Origin: Escherichia phage phiWec187
Sequence record: LC739536.1
Length of the DNA: 64,000 bases
Reading direction: 5' to 3' (one strand)
Positions 18,485 to 26,377 of the stretch are shown here, in pieces. The stretch's first letter is position 1; every line of letters starts with the position of its first letter. The notes under the pieces are model-generated. The model was not told the DNA's origin, ran no database searches, and was given only the letters and a program-made list of their open reading frames with translations. A program made the position numbers and the translations under genes.

Positions 18485-18822
18485 TTCTTTTTGCTCCTTC
18501 TTTTAGGTTTCTCGTATAAACCTAACACAGCCGACTCTTTTGCGCAAATAGGAACTGACTTCATTCCTCGTTTTTTAGCTTCTGGTAGATTCAAAACCCA
18601 CCAGCCAAACCAGTACAATTCATCTTCTGTGAAAGGATCTGCCATAGGATCTGCATCACGTGCTTCAAATTTAGCAAGAGCTTCTTCTATCTTTTCTATA
18701 GGAGTATCAAAGACAAAAGCCTCTGTGTCAAATTTTTGTTTCTTAGGAGCGGCTTTTGCCGCCCCATCTTTAGATGCGCGCTTTGTTACGGATCGCTTCT
18801 TCGGTGTTTTCGCCATCAACAA
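18481..18822 (-). CDS. hypothetical basic protein
   Basis: Lys/Arg-rich N- and C-termini. Confidence 0.45.
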   Translation of the reverse strand: MLMAKTPKKRSVTKRASKDGAAKAAPKKQKFDTEAFVFDTPIEKIEEALAKFEARDADPMADPFTEDELYWFGWWVLNLPEAKKRGMKSVPICAKESAVLGLYEKPKRRSKKK

Positions 18823-19009
18823 CCTCCATGCGGTGTAAGAAATCTTGCTGGAATCGCCAATACTGTTGACCAGTCCTTACATCTTCGTAGATCACAACAG
18901 GATCAAATACTTTAGATACACCCGCTGGTTTAGGAAAGCCAACTACACGATATAAACCGCCTTTGCTAATACAAGAATATGTTACATCAGTTAAAATTTC
19001 TTTTTTCAT
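18770..19009 (-). CDS. hypothetical protein
   Basis: 79-aa ORF. Confidence 0.4.
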   Translation of the reverse strand: MKKEILTDVTYSCISKGGLYRVVGFPKPAGVSKVFDPVVIYEDVRTGQQYWRFQQDFLHRMEVVDGENTEEAIRNKARI

Positions 19010-19203
19010 TTCTTAATAAACTCCAATACAGGTACGTGATCAGCAGTTAAAGTTACACAATTGTAACTTACCTTTTCAACTTCAGAGAATGCTTCAACCC
19101 ATAGCAAGAAATTCTCTTTAGCTTCTTCATAATTCAATGTTGACTTAACAACATGGAACTCACCAAGGATGACTCTATAGATTGTTTGCATAGTTTGATT
19201 CAT
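19006..19203 (-). CDS. hypothetical protein
   Basis: 65-aa ORF. Confidence 0.4.
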   Translation of the reverse strand: MNQTMQTIYRVILGEFHVVKSTLNYEEAKENFLLWVEAFSEVEKVSYNCVTLTADHVPVLEFIKK

Positions 19204-19269
19204 TTATTTTTCCTTTGTTTAAAATGTGTTAAACAATCGCAAATGCTTGTGACGCACTTTGTGATCCCA

Positions 19270-19638
19270 CTAATTAATGTCAGCACTATGATTGTTGAGA
19301 GTATAGGATACTCCATCGCCCAAGTCAACATGAATCTCAACTCCTAACTGTCTTTCTAATGGTAAACGTTTTGAGAATTGATAATTACAAAGTTTACAGT
19401 CTAAGTCAAGCAATTCATGTTTGCTTAAACCTAGGATGATAACTTTGCTTCCCACTGTCCACTCAATACCTTCAAAGTTATCTCTTCTTTTCAAAATGTC
19501 AAGTAAGAAGATGATTTGTTGCCATTCCGTAGACAAGTCTTCTTCATAGAACGCAGAACAAAAAGTTTTATCATCGTAGAAAGCATACATTATGCCTCCA
19601 TCTATTGTTTCACTTCTAACGTAACGTGTGACCCTCAT
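19270..19638 (-). CDS. hypothetical protein
   Basis: 122-aa ORF; first gene of the minus-strand block. Confidence 0.45.
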   Translation of the reverse strand: MRVTRYVRSETIDGGIMYAFYDDKTFCSAFYEEDLSTEWQQIIFLLDILKRRDNFEGIEWTVGSKVIILGLSKHELLDLDCKLCNYQFSKRLPLERQLGVEIHVDLGDGVSYTLNNHSADIN

Positions 19639-19769
19639 TATTTCCTCCTGTACGGCTCTGTAACGAGCTAATAGCCTCTAAGATATGCAATCACCTTACC
19701 TCACAGTAAAACTCGTTACAATCGTTTTTAGGAGGTTTAGGTTGTACTTAAAAATAATCTAAAAAGGTG

Positions 19770-19798
19770 TTGACAAACGCAAAAAAGTATGCTACCCT
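19770..19798 (+). promoter_or_regulatory. sigma70-like promoter in divergent region
   Basis: TTGACA-N17-TACCCT, followed by GC-rich hairpin. Confidence 0.3.
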
Positions 19799-19979
19799 AA
19801 CCCCCGAAAAACGCCGAGCGCAGCGAGGGGGTGTTATCTAATCTTGTGATACATGATCTAACAGACAACTGAGTAGTCTACATATAGCACTATGTTATGT
19901 CTATAATACTAACATACATACTCTATACTAACAATAGATTCTTTATTAATTTTATTATTAATTAAATAATAAATATCTA

Positions 19980-20008
19980 TTGACTTTAGATCTATCTGTA
20001 TGTAGAGT
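19980..20008 (+). promoter_or_regulatory. sigma70-like promoter for Prs-like gene
   Basis: TTGACT-N17-TAGAGT with AT-rich UP-like tract 19920-19979. Confidence 0.5.
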
Positions 20009-20047
20009 AGAGAACATAAAGTCCTAACTCAACTAAGGAGATAAACA

Positions 20048-20941
20048 ATGAAAGTTAGTATTCTACATGGTGTTGACTGTTATGTTACTGATGTAGACGT
20101 TAAAGTCTTTACATTCTCTGGTGGAGAACAACATGTTCAACTAGATACGAATCTATCAGGTTTCAATCATGCTACAGACAGAATCTTACTCTCTTTAGAA
20201 GTAAGATCTGCTAAAGACTTGATGACTTTGGTTATGACTAAGAATGCATTGGACAATATGCTATATCATAAACCATATTGTGTTGATTTACTCATGCTGT
20301 ATGTACCGTATGCACGACAAGACAGAGTGTGTGAGCCTGGGGAAGCATTCGGAGTTAAAGCCTTTGCTTCTATAATTAATTCATTAAATTTCTCACGTGT
20401 TATCGTTGCTGATCCACATAGTGATGTTACTCCAGCAGTGTTTGACAGACTCTGTGTAATACCTCAAGAAGAGATTGCTTACGAAACTTTAAAGTGGAAG
20501 TTACGTATGGAGAATTTTGCTCTTGTTAGTCCTGATGGTGGTGCTCTTAAGAAAATATTTAAATTATCTAAGAAAATGTCTTTAGATGTGTTCTGTGCAG
20601 AGAAGGTTAGAGATACTGCAACAGGTGCTATTGTTCGTACAGACATTTCTGTACAGGATTTCAATAAGCGTAACCTGATGATCGTAGATGATATCTGTGA
20701 CGGCGGTAGAACTTTTATTGAATTGGCTAAAGTGCTACGTGCTCGTAACGCAGGTAAGATTGAGTTATATGTTACACACGGTATCTTTTCTAAAGGTCTT
20801 AAAGAGTTAAGTGAGCACTTTGACTGCATTCATTCTCTTAATGTGTGGGAAGATAACATCCAAGAAGATTCCGGTGTTCTTGTTAAGAATCAGTCAGATT
20901 TGCAACAACAAATTGTATCTCCATACGTGTGGAATTTTTAA
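20048..20941 (+). CDS. prs: ribose-phosphate pyrophosphokinase family protein (Prs-like)
   Basis: PYARQDR, DPHSD, VSPDGG and DDICDGGRT signatures; consensus promoter and AAGGAG RBS upstream. Confidence 0.8.
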   Translation: MKVSILHGVDCYVTDVDVKVFTFSGGEQHVQLDTNLSGFNHATDRILLSLEVRSAKDLMTLVMTKNALDNMLYHKPYCVDLLMLYVPYARQDRVCEPGEAFGVKAFASIINSLNFSRVIVADPHSDVTPAVFDRLCVIPQEEIAYETLKWKLRMENFALVSPDGGALKKIFKLSKKMSLDVFCAEKVRDTATGAIVRTDISVQDFNKRNLMIVDDICDGGRTFIELAKVLRARNAGKIELYVTHGIFSKGLKELSEHFDCIHSLNVWEDNIQEDSGVLVKNQSDLQQQIVSPYVWNF

Positions 20942-20951
20942 ATAATAAGTG

Positions 20952-20980
20952 TTGACAATAGGGAGTATGCTTAGTAAGAT
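20952..20980 (+). promoter_or_regulatory. sigma70-like promoter for NadV-like gene
   Basis: TTGACA-N17-TAAGAT; -10 lies inside inverted repeat GGGAGTAT...ATACTCCC. Confidence 0.5.
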
Positions 20981-21012
20981 ACTCCCACACTAACAAACAA
21001 GGAGACATAACT

Positions 21013-22746
21013 ATGAATATTTTTGCACCTTTTGCTACTGATTGGTATAAACCTGGTCACAAGCAGATGTACAACCAAAATACAAAACTCATTTTCTCTA
21101 ATTTAACTCCTCGTAATGATAAAAACTTTGCACACTATGCAGATCGTGAAGCACGTGGTGTAATTGTTTTAGGTATTCGTCGAGCAGTTACTGATGCTCT
21201 TGTAACTATGTGGGATGGCTTCTTTAAAATGTCTCGTAGTGCAGCAGTAAATAAATTTTATCGTATGTCTAAGAATGCATTAGGTGCTTCTGCTCCTTCT
21301 GCTGAATGTTGGGGAGAATTGCACGATTTAGGTTATCTTCCGCTAGAAGTTCGATCTCTGCCAGAAGGTGTTTTGTGTCCTATTGGTGTTCCTGTGTTTA
21401 CTGTGCATAACACTTTAGAAAAATTCTTTTGGTTAACTAACTATGTGGAAACACTCTTGTCAGATGAAACTTGGAAGACAATGACTAATGCCACAGCAGC
21501 TTTTCAGTATAAGCGTATCGCTATGGCGTATGCGATGGCAACGTGTGATAACATTGATCACGTTAATTTCCAGTGTCATGACTTTAGCCTACGTGGTTTA
21601 AGCAATATCGAAGATGGTTATAAGAGTGGTATCGCTCATTTGGCATCTTTCACAGGTACAGATAATATTCTGGCTATTGAAACTGTGCATGATTACTATG
21701 GTATTGATTATGATCAGTTTGTTGCAGGTTCTATTCCGGCAACAGAACATTCAGTAGCAACGACTAACATTGGAGCTATTGTTGAAGATCTGAAGAAACA
21801 TTTCCCACATCTTAAAGATGATGTTGATGGGCTTCGTTATGTAGCAGAGAAAGAGTTTCTTCGCCGCTATATTGAAGAAATTGTTCCAGAAGGTTTTTGT
21901 TCATATGTAGCAGATTCTTATGATTACTGGGCTGTCTTGACTCGCATTCTGGTAGAATTGAAAGAGTCCATTATGTCACGAAATGGTCGTCTTGTTATTC
22001 GTCCAGACTCAGGAGATCCGGTTAAAGTTGTTGCAGGATACAATGTTGAATCTTTTGATAACTATGAAGACCTTTTAAATAATGGTATTGCTACAGCCAC
22101 TGAAGTAGTACATTTGGCTGATGTTAATAAGTATTACAATGTTCTTCAGGATTGCAGTGTTGCTGATTGTATTGATGAAACTTATGAGATTCCTTATTGT
22201 GAAGCAGTAGGTTCTATTCAAATCCTTTGGGAAGTGTTTGGTGGTACTATCAACCGAAAAGGCTACAAGGTTCTTGATCAGCACATCGGTATGATTTATG
22301 GTGATTCTATTACTGTTGAACGAGAACACGAGATCTTACGCCGACTGAAGAAGAAAGGTTTTGCAGCTTCCAATATTGTATTTGGTGTTGGTAGTTATAC
22401 TTATCAGTTCAATACACGAGATACTTTTGGTTTTGCTGTTAAAGCAACAGGTAGTATCATCGGTGAACACGAAATTTTGGTAAGTAAGGAGCCTAAAACT
22501 GATCCTGGTAAACGCTCTGCAAAAGGTTTTATTAAGGTTGTTAAGGATACAAATGGTAAACTTTCTCTTGTGGATAATCTTTCTTTTAAAGATATCCAAG
22601 ATGAAGACAATGAGTTAAAAGTTATCTTCAGGGATGGTACGGTTATTACACCACAAGTAGAAGGACGTGATGAAACATTTACTGATATCCGTAACCGTGT
22701 TGATGTAGAGGTTCTTCGTACTATGGGAACCATCCAGGTTGACTAA
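21013..22746 (+). CDS. nadV: nicotinamide phosphoribosyltransferase family protein (NadV/NAMPT-like)
   Basis: 577 aa; N-terminus ATDWYKPGHKQMY is NAMPT-like; own promoter. Confidence 0.75.
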   Translation: MNIFAPFATDWYKPGHKQMYNQNTKLIFSNLTPRNDKNFAHYADREARGVIVLGIRRAVTDALVTMWDGFFKMSRSAAVNKFYRMSKNALGASAPSAECWGELHDLGYLPLEVRSLPEGVLCPIGVPVFTVHNTLEKFFWLTNYVETLLSDETWKTMTNATAAFQYKRIAMAYAMATCDNIDHVNFQCHDFSLRGLSNIEDGYKSGIAHLASFTGTDNILAIETVHDYYGIDYDQFVAGSIPATEHSVATTNIGAIVEDLKKHFPHLKDDVDGLRYVAEKEFLRRYIEEIVPEGFCSYVADSYDYWAVLTRILVELKESIMSRNGRLVIRPDSGDPVKVVAGYNVESFDNYEDLLNNGIATATEVVHLADVNKYYNVLQDCSVADCIDETYEIPYCEAVGSIQILWEVFGGTINRKGYKVLDQHIGMIYGDSITVEREHEILRRLKKKGFAASNIVFGVGSYTYQFNTRDTFGFAVKATGSIIGEHEILVSKEPKTDPGKRSAKGFIKVVKDTNGKLSLVDNLSFKDIQDEDNELKVIFRDGTVITPQVEGRDETFTDIRNRVDVEVLRTMGTIQVD

Positions 22747-22817
22747 ATAAAAACTTCGTGATAAGATTAAGGTAAGGAGAGCCTGCAACTGCCCTGGATG
22801 GGCTTCACGAAGGATTT

Positions 22818-23039
22818 ATGAAACAACATAATTTTTATTTTCGTTGCCGAGCCTGTAACAGACACTTGACTAATCACTCCCGTAGAGACAGGAATGGTAA
22901 TATTCAAGAGTCGGATCTATGCTCGATTTGTACAAGTTTGGCATTCGACGACAGTCCCGAAAGGGTTTATCAACATCAAAGTGTAACTGATCTTCTTCTA
23001 AATTACACAGCACCAGAGGAGGAATTAGATTTCACATAA
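22818..23039 (+). CDS. zinc-ribbon protein with acidic C-terminal tail
   Basis: CRACNRH...CSICTS pair; ends PEEELDFT, similar to the NrdB tail. Confidence 0.5.
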   Translation: MKQHNFYFRCRACNRHLTNHSRRDRNGNIQESDLCSICTSLAFDDSPERVYQHQSVTDLLLNYTAPEEELDFT

Positions 23040-23052
23040 TTAAGGAAACAGT

Positions 23053-23166
23053 ATGTCTACAGAAATTATTTTTGGCTTATCTGTTTTTATTGCTATTGTA
23101 TCTTTTGTATGCGGTTATACACTATTTTTATTGCTGTTGTATCTTTGGTATGCTGCTCTACACTAG
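23053..23166 (+). CDS. small hydrophobic peptide (about 37 aa)
   Basis: Not in track; AAGGAA RBS then ATG; hand translation is one transmembrane-like segment. Confidence 0.25.
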   Translation: MSTEIIFGLSVFIAIVSFVCGYTLFLLLLYLWYAALH

Positions 23167-23200
23167 GTTACAGATCAAGAAAAAATATTGTAAAAACTAG

Positions 23201-23230
23201 TTGACAACATAGCTAGTTATTTGCTAAGAT
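23201..23230 (+). promoter_or_regulatory. sigma70-like promoter
   Basis: TTGACA-N18-TAAGAT. Confidence 0.45.
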
Positions 23231-23260
23231 AAGCCCAAGTTAAACAAAAAGGAGAAAACT

Positions 23261-23527
23261 ATGACAGAACGTACTTATGGTAAAGAATTGATTGAGAAGC
23301 ACGTATTGATTGATAATAAAGGTGGAGCAATCTTTATTTTTGAACCTGAATCAGTTCTTACTGAAAACGAAAATGGTAGCGTTAGCCTTAAAACAGAAAG
23401 TTTGGTAATTGACTTCCTTGCTCTTCTGGATGAAATGGGGCTTCCTCACGAAGAAGAAGCAGCTATTGCTTTGATTGCAGTTCTTCTGGAGAAACGCGAA
23501 GCTGGTGAAATGACCCAGTATGCTTAA
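23261..23527 (+). CDS. hypothetical protein
   Basis: 88-aa ORF with promoter TTGACA-N18-TAAGAT upstream. Confidence 0.5.
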   Translation: MTERTYGKELIEKHVLIDNKGGAIFIFEPESVLTENENGSVSLKTESLVIDFLALLDEMGLPHEEEAAIALIAVLLEKREAGEMTQYA

Positions 23528-23534
23528 TATTCAA

Positions 23535-23610
23535 GGTTCCATAGCTCACTGACGAGAGCGCACACCTCATAAGTGTCGAGGGCAGGGATTGTAACCCTGG
23601 GGAACCACCA
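23535..23610 (+). tRNA. tRNA-Met or Ile2 (anticodon CAT)
   Basis: Hand-folded cloverleaf; anticodon loop CTCATAA; encoded CCA. Confidence 0.55.
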
Positions 23611-23641
23611 TTTAAAAGGAGGTGCTATGCATCTCCTATAT

Positions 23642-23727
23642 GCAAGTGTGGTGGAATTGGTGATACACATTGTGCTTAAAACGCAACGCTTAAATGCTTG
23701 AGGGTTCGAATCCCTCCACTTGCACCA
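23642..23727 (+). tRNA. tRNA-Leu (anticodon TAA), long variable arm
   Basis: 7-bp acceptor, loop CTTAAAA, T-loop GGTTCGAATCC, encoded CCA. Confidence 0.6.
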
Positions 23728-23743
23728 AAACCTAAAAATATCT

Positions 23744-23772
23744 TGACATTTACTTAGTTTTTTGTTATAGTT
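23744..23772 (+). promoter_or_regulatory. sigma70-like promoter within tRNA cluster
   Basis: TTGACA-N17-TATAGT, 10 nt before tRNA at 23783. Confidence 0.5.
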
Positions 23773-23782
23773 ACTATGAAAA

Positions 23783-23864
23783 CGGGGTGTATCTCACCTG
23801 ACTTCTAATCAGGCGTTAACCGAGTAATTGGAGTATGCAGGTTCGAATCCTGTCACCCCGGCCA
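23783..23864 (+). tRNA. atypical tRNA-like gene (possible anticodon TCT)
   Basis: Perfect acceptor and canonical T-arm; stem-loop CCTGA-CTTCTAA-TCAGG; D-arm region too short. Confidence 0.4.
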
Positions 23865-23882
23865 AAAAGTTTTAAAAACTAC

Positions 23883-23911
23883 TTGACAAGCAAGATAGTT
23901 TTATGTTAGAT
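23883..23911 (+). promoter_or_regulatory. sigma70-like promoter within tRNA cluster
   Basis: TTGACA-N17-TTAGAT upstream of tRNA-Ser at 23928. Confidence 0.45.
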
Positions 23912-23927
23912 TTAAAGTATGGTAACA

Positions 23928-24017
23928 GGAAGGTAGGGCGCAGCGGTGCGCAACCAGGTTTGAACCCTGGCCCATTGTAGCGATACGGTGATGGTTCGAC
24001 TCCATTATCTTCCTCCA
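23928..24017 (+). tRNA. tRNA-Ser (anticodon TGA)
   Basis: Anticodon loop TTTGAAC, long variable arm, encoded CCA. Confidence 0.6.
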
Positions 24018-24196
24018 AATTCTCTTAGGAGCTTTATGAATTATAAAACTATTGGACAGGTTGTTACCTGAGTTAAGATTGTAAATAATAAAGTTGTTTA
24101 TGAGTATTCTAATCTTCAACAATCCGAAGATGGTAAGAATATTCGTATGGTAAAAACAGAACAAAAAGATTCCGGTTGTTTTGAATAATTAAAAAC

Positions 24197-24282
24197 GGTA
24201 GATTGGTGAAATGGTAGCCACAACAGTTTGCTAAACTGTCGTCGGAAACGGCGTGTAGGTTCAAGTCCTACATCTACCGCCA
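24197..24282 (+). tRNA. tRNA-Ser (anticodon GCT)
   Basis: Anticodon loop TTGCTAA, variable-arm hairpin, T-loop GGTTCAAGTCC, CCA. Confidence 0.6.
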
Positions 24283-24416
24283 AGTTATCTTTAATGTAGC
24301 TTGTAATCTTACTTTAGCAGAGTAAACTTTCGGCAGATGGTGGCAGCCATTTTACCGATACCCCAATACTTCATAGCTAAGTGCCGCAAACACTGGCTAT
24401 TTTAAAGATAATTTAT

Positions 24417-24492
24417 ACATCGTTAGCTTAGTTGGTAGAGCAAGGTGCTTTTAACTCCAAGGTCGAAGGTTCGAATCCTTCACGATGTACCA
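24417..24492 (+). tRNA. tRNA-Lys (anticodon TTT), tentative
   Basis: D-arm GCTTAGTTGGTAGAGC; loop CTTTTAA with one stem mismatch; CCA. Confidence 0.5.
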
Positions 24493-24497
24493 AACAC

Positions 24498-24584
24498 GTA
24501 GGTATCGCATAGCGGCAATTGCTGGAGACTGTAAATCTCCTGCCCTTCGGGGCTTCGTTGGTTCGAGTCCAACTACCTGCACCA
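24498..24584 (+). tRNA. tRNA-Tyr (anticodon GTA)
   Basis: Anticodon arm GGAGA-CTGTAAA-TCTCC; variable-arm hairpin; CCA. Confidence 0.65.
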
Positions 24585-24591
24585 AATTAAA

Positions 24592-24676
24592 GATGGATTG
24601 GCCTAGTGGTTGGGCGACGGACTGTTAATCCGTGAACGAAAGTTCTAGCAAGGTTCAAATCCTTGATCCATCGCCA
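24592..24676 (+). tRNA. tRNA with anticodon GTT (Asn) and unusually long variable arm
   Basis: Anticodon arm ACGGA-CTGTTAA-TCCGT; 15-nt variable hairpin; T-loop GGTTCAAATCC; CCA. Confidence 0.5.
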
Positions 24677-24680
24677 AATA

Positions 24681-24749
24681 GTGCTTGTAGAGTTAATAGA
24701 AACCTCTAGAATTTTCTAGAATTGTAGGTATCAAATCCTACCAAGCAAA
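24681..24749 (+). ncRNA. degenerate tRNA-like element
   Basis: 6-bp acceptor-like pairing and T-arm-like hairpin but anticodon loop of 6 or 8 nt and no CCA. Confidence 0.25.
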
Positions 24750-24755
24750 TATTTT

Positions 24756-24830
24756 GCTCCTATCGTATAACGGCTATTACGGTTGCCTTGTAAGCAACTT
24801 ATCAGGGTTCGAGTCCTTGTGGGAGCACCA
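24756..24830 (+). tRNA. tRNA-Thr (anticodon TGT)
   Basis: Anticodon arm GTTGC-CTTGTAA-GCAAC; T-loop GGGTTCGAGTCC; CCA. Confidence 0.65.
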
Positions 24831-24852
24831 ATTTAACTCTAAAGGAGTGTAT

Positions 24853-25176
24853 GTGACAGAAAAAGAGTTAGAGAAATATTTTAATATCAATGTTTTCGAT
24901 GGCTTTGATGATATTGAAGATGTTGAAAGATATTATGAAGTAGAGTTAGATAAGGATAACATTGTAATTCTTTCTGCCACTTACGATTGTGCATATTATG
25001 AAGGCGAATCTCACGTTTATTTCTATGATATGAAAACATCTTTGTTTTATGAAGTACACGCATATCATTGTTCTTGCTATGGCTTAGAAGGTCAGTGGGA
25101 ACCTGAAGAAATAGGTGATTTGGACTTTACTATTGCATATCTAAACAGACGTGGTTCATCTACTATTTTAAAATAA
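24853..25176 (+). CDS. hypothetical protein inside tRNA cluster (GTG start)
   Basis: Track start 24754 overlaps tRNA-Thr; AAGGAG at 24842-24847 then GTG at 24853. Confidence 0.4.
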   Translation: MTEKELEKYFNINVFDGFDDIEDVERYYEVELDKDNIVILSATYDCAYYEGESHVYFYDMKTSLFYEVHAYHCSCYGLEGQWEPEEIGDLDFTIAYLNRRGSSTILK

Positions 25177-25190
25177 ATATCAAAAGCCTC

Positions 25191-25220
25191 TTGACAAAGG
25201 GGCTAATAATATGTTAGAGT
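25191..25220 (+). promoter_or_regulatory. sigma70-like promoter within tRNA cluster
   Basis: TTGACA-N17/18-TAGAGT upstream of tRNA-Gly at 25232. Confidence 0.45.
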
Positions 25221-25231
25221 AATATTGTTAA

Positions 25232-25306
25232 GCGGGTATAGTGTTAATGGTAGCATATGAGGTTTCCACCCTCCAGGTGCAGGTTCAAGTCCTGTTACTC
25301 GCTCCA
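25232..25306 (+). tRNA. tRNA-Gly (anticodon TCC)
   Basis: Anticodon loop TTTCCAC; T-loop GGTTCAAGTCC; CCA. Confidence 0.6.
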
Positions 25307-25737
25307 AGATTATTTAAATGGAATCGCTAGAGAAAATTTCTCTTTTCGCTCATGGTTTTCTCCTTCAAACTCTAGCGGTTCTTTTTAAGTGATTTTTTAG
25401 TTTATTGGAGATTCACTTCCTTAGTGTGAGCTAAAATCGAGGAGCCATCGAACTGTCTGATTAATGATTTGCGAATCATTATAGTTTTAAGACCCCGGTA
25501 GTTTTATGGTGTACCTCTTGAATGTGAATGATGACGGGTTTATGGTTATCCTGGTCGTTAAATATCCAAAAACCTATGTTCCCCTTGAGGGCTTGCGCAG
25601 GTAATGCCAATAAGTCCTGCATTTTCATTTAAAAGAGAATTTATAATGGAAAAAGATGAACTTAAGTATGCTAAGCCTCTGGCTTCTGCTGCACGAAAAG
25701 CAGTTCGTCACTTTGTGGTAACACTGAAGTAATTTAT

Positions 25738-25812
25738 TGGAGATTAGCCTAGTGGGAAGGCAACGGCCTTTGAAGTCGTGATGACTAGGTTCGATTCCTA
25801 GATCTCCAGCCA
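25738..25812 (+). tRNA. tRNA-Gln (anticodon TTG)
   Basis: Anticodon arm ACGGC-CTTTGAA-GTCGT; T-loop GGTTCGATTCC; CCA. Confidence 0.65.
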
Positions 25813-25819
25813 AGATTTA

Positions 25820-25895
25820 CAGTGCGTAGCGCAGTTGGTAGCGTGGGAGCCTTGGACGCTTCAGGTCGCAGGTTCGAGTCCTGCCGCACTGACCA
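25820..25895 (+). tRNA. tRNA-Pro (anticodon TGG)
   Basis: C1:G72 acceptor; anticodon loop CTTGGAC; CCA. Confidence 0.65.
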
Positions 25896-25900
25896 AATTT

Positions 25901-25975
25901 GCAGAGATAGCTGAGACGGATTAGTGCTACCCTGAAAAGGTAGAAAGGATGGATCGTTACCATCTCTCTGCACCA
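25901..25975 (+). tRNA. tRNA-Phe (anticodon GAA)
   Basis: Anticodon arm CTACC-CTGAAAA-GGTAG; CCA. Confidence 0.65.
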
Positions 25976-26052
25976 AATAACACCATCCAAGGAGTAGACT
26001 TGGTTAACTGTCAATAGCACATTGAGGCTTCTTACAGTGGTGTACTTATTAT

Positions 26053-26137
26053 GGCTAAGTGGTGGAATGGTATACACGATACGCTTAGAACGTATTGCCC
26101 CAAGGGATTGTGAGTTCGAGTCTCACCTTAGCTACCA
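26053..26137 (+). tRNA. tRNA-Leu (anticodon TAG), long variable arm
   Basis: Anticodon arm ATACG-CTTAGAA-CGTAT; T-loop GAGTTCGAGTCTC; CCA. Confidence 0.65.
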
Positions 26138-26152
26138 AATTATTACAGATTG

Positions 26153-26231
26153 TGCGGGATAGAGGAGTCTGGTCGTCCTCGCCAGTTTCATATGCTGGAG
26201 ATCATCGGTTCGAATCCGATTTCCGCCTCCA
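26153..26231 (+). tRNA. tRNA with anticodon CAT (Met or Ile2), mismatched first acceptor pair
   Basis: Anticodon arm CCAGT-TTCATAT-GCTGG; T-loop GGTTCGAATCC; CCA; 1:72 pair U-C. Confidence 0.5.
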
Positions 26232-26289
26232 ATAAATACCTCCCTTCTGGTGTAATGATTAAATTACATTGACACTTCAAGGAACTCAT

Positions 26290-26372
26290 AGCCGGGTAGA
26301 TTTAAAAGAGTATGGTACTCAATATGGCTCCAAACCATAGATCAGGGGGTTCGATTCCTCACCTTGCTGCCA
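26290..26372 (+). tRNA. atypical tRNA-like gene, possible tRNA-Trp (anticodon CCA)
   Basis: Anticodon arm TATGG-CTCCAAA-CCATA; T-loop GGGTTCGATTCC; CCA; D region too long. Confidence 0.35.
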
Positions 26373-26377
26373 ATTAT

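Noticed and set aside
23626-23700. 24-codon ORF with AGGAGG RBS between the first two tRNAs
   Set aside because: The RBS is one arm of an inverted repeat and the frame runs into tRNA-Leu; more likely a processing hairpin.
23901-24164. Minus-strand 87-aa ORF overlapping tRNA-Ser
   Set aside because: Overlaps a well-formed tRNA on the opposite strand inside the tRNA cluster.
25625-26077. Three minus-strand ORFs overlapping tRNA-Gln, Pro and Phe
   Set aside because: They cover consecutive tRNA genes on the plus strand; spurious frames through GC-richer tRNA sequence.
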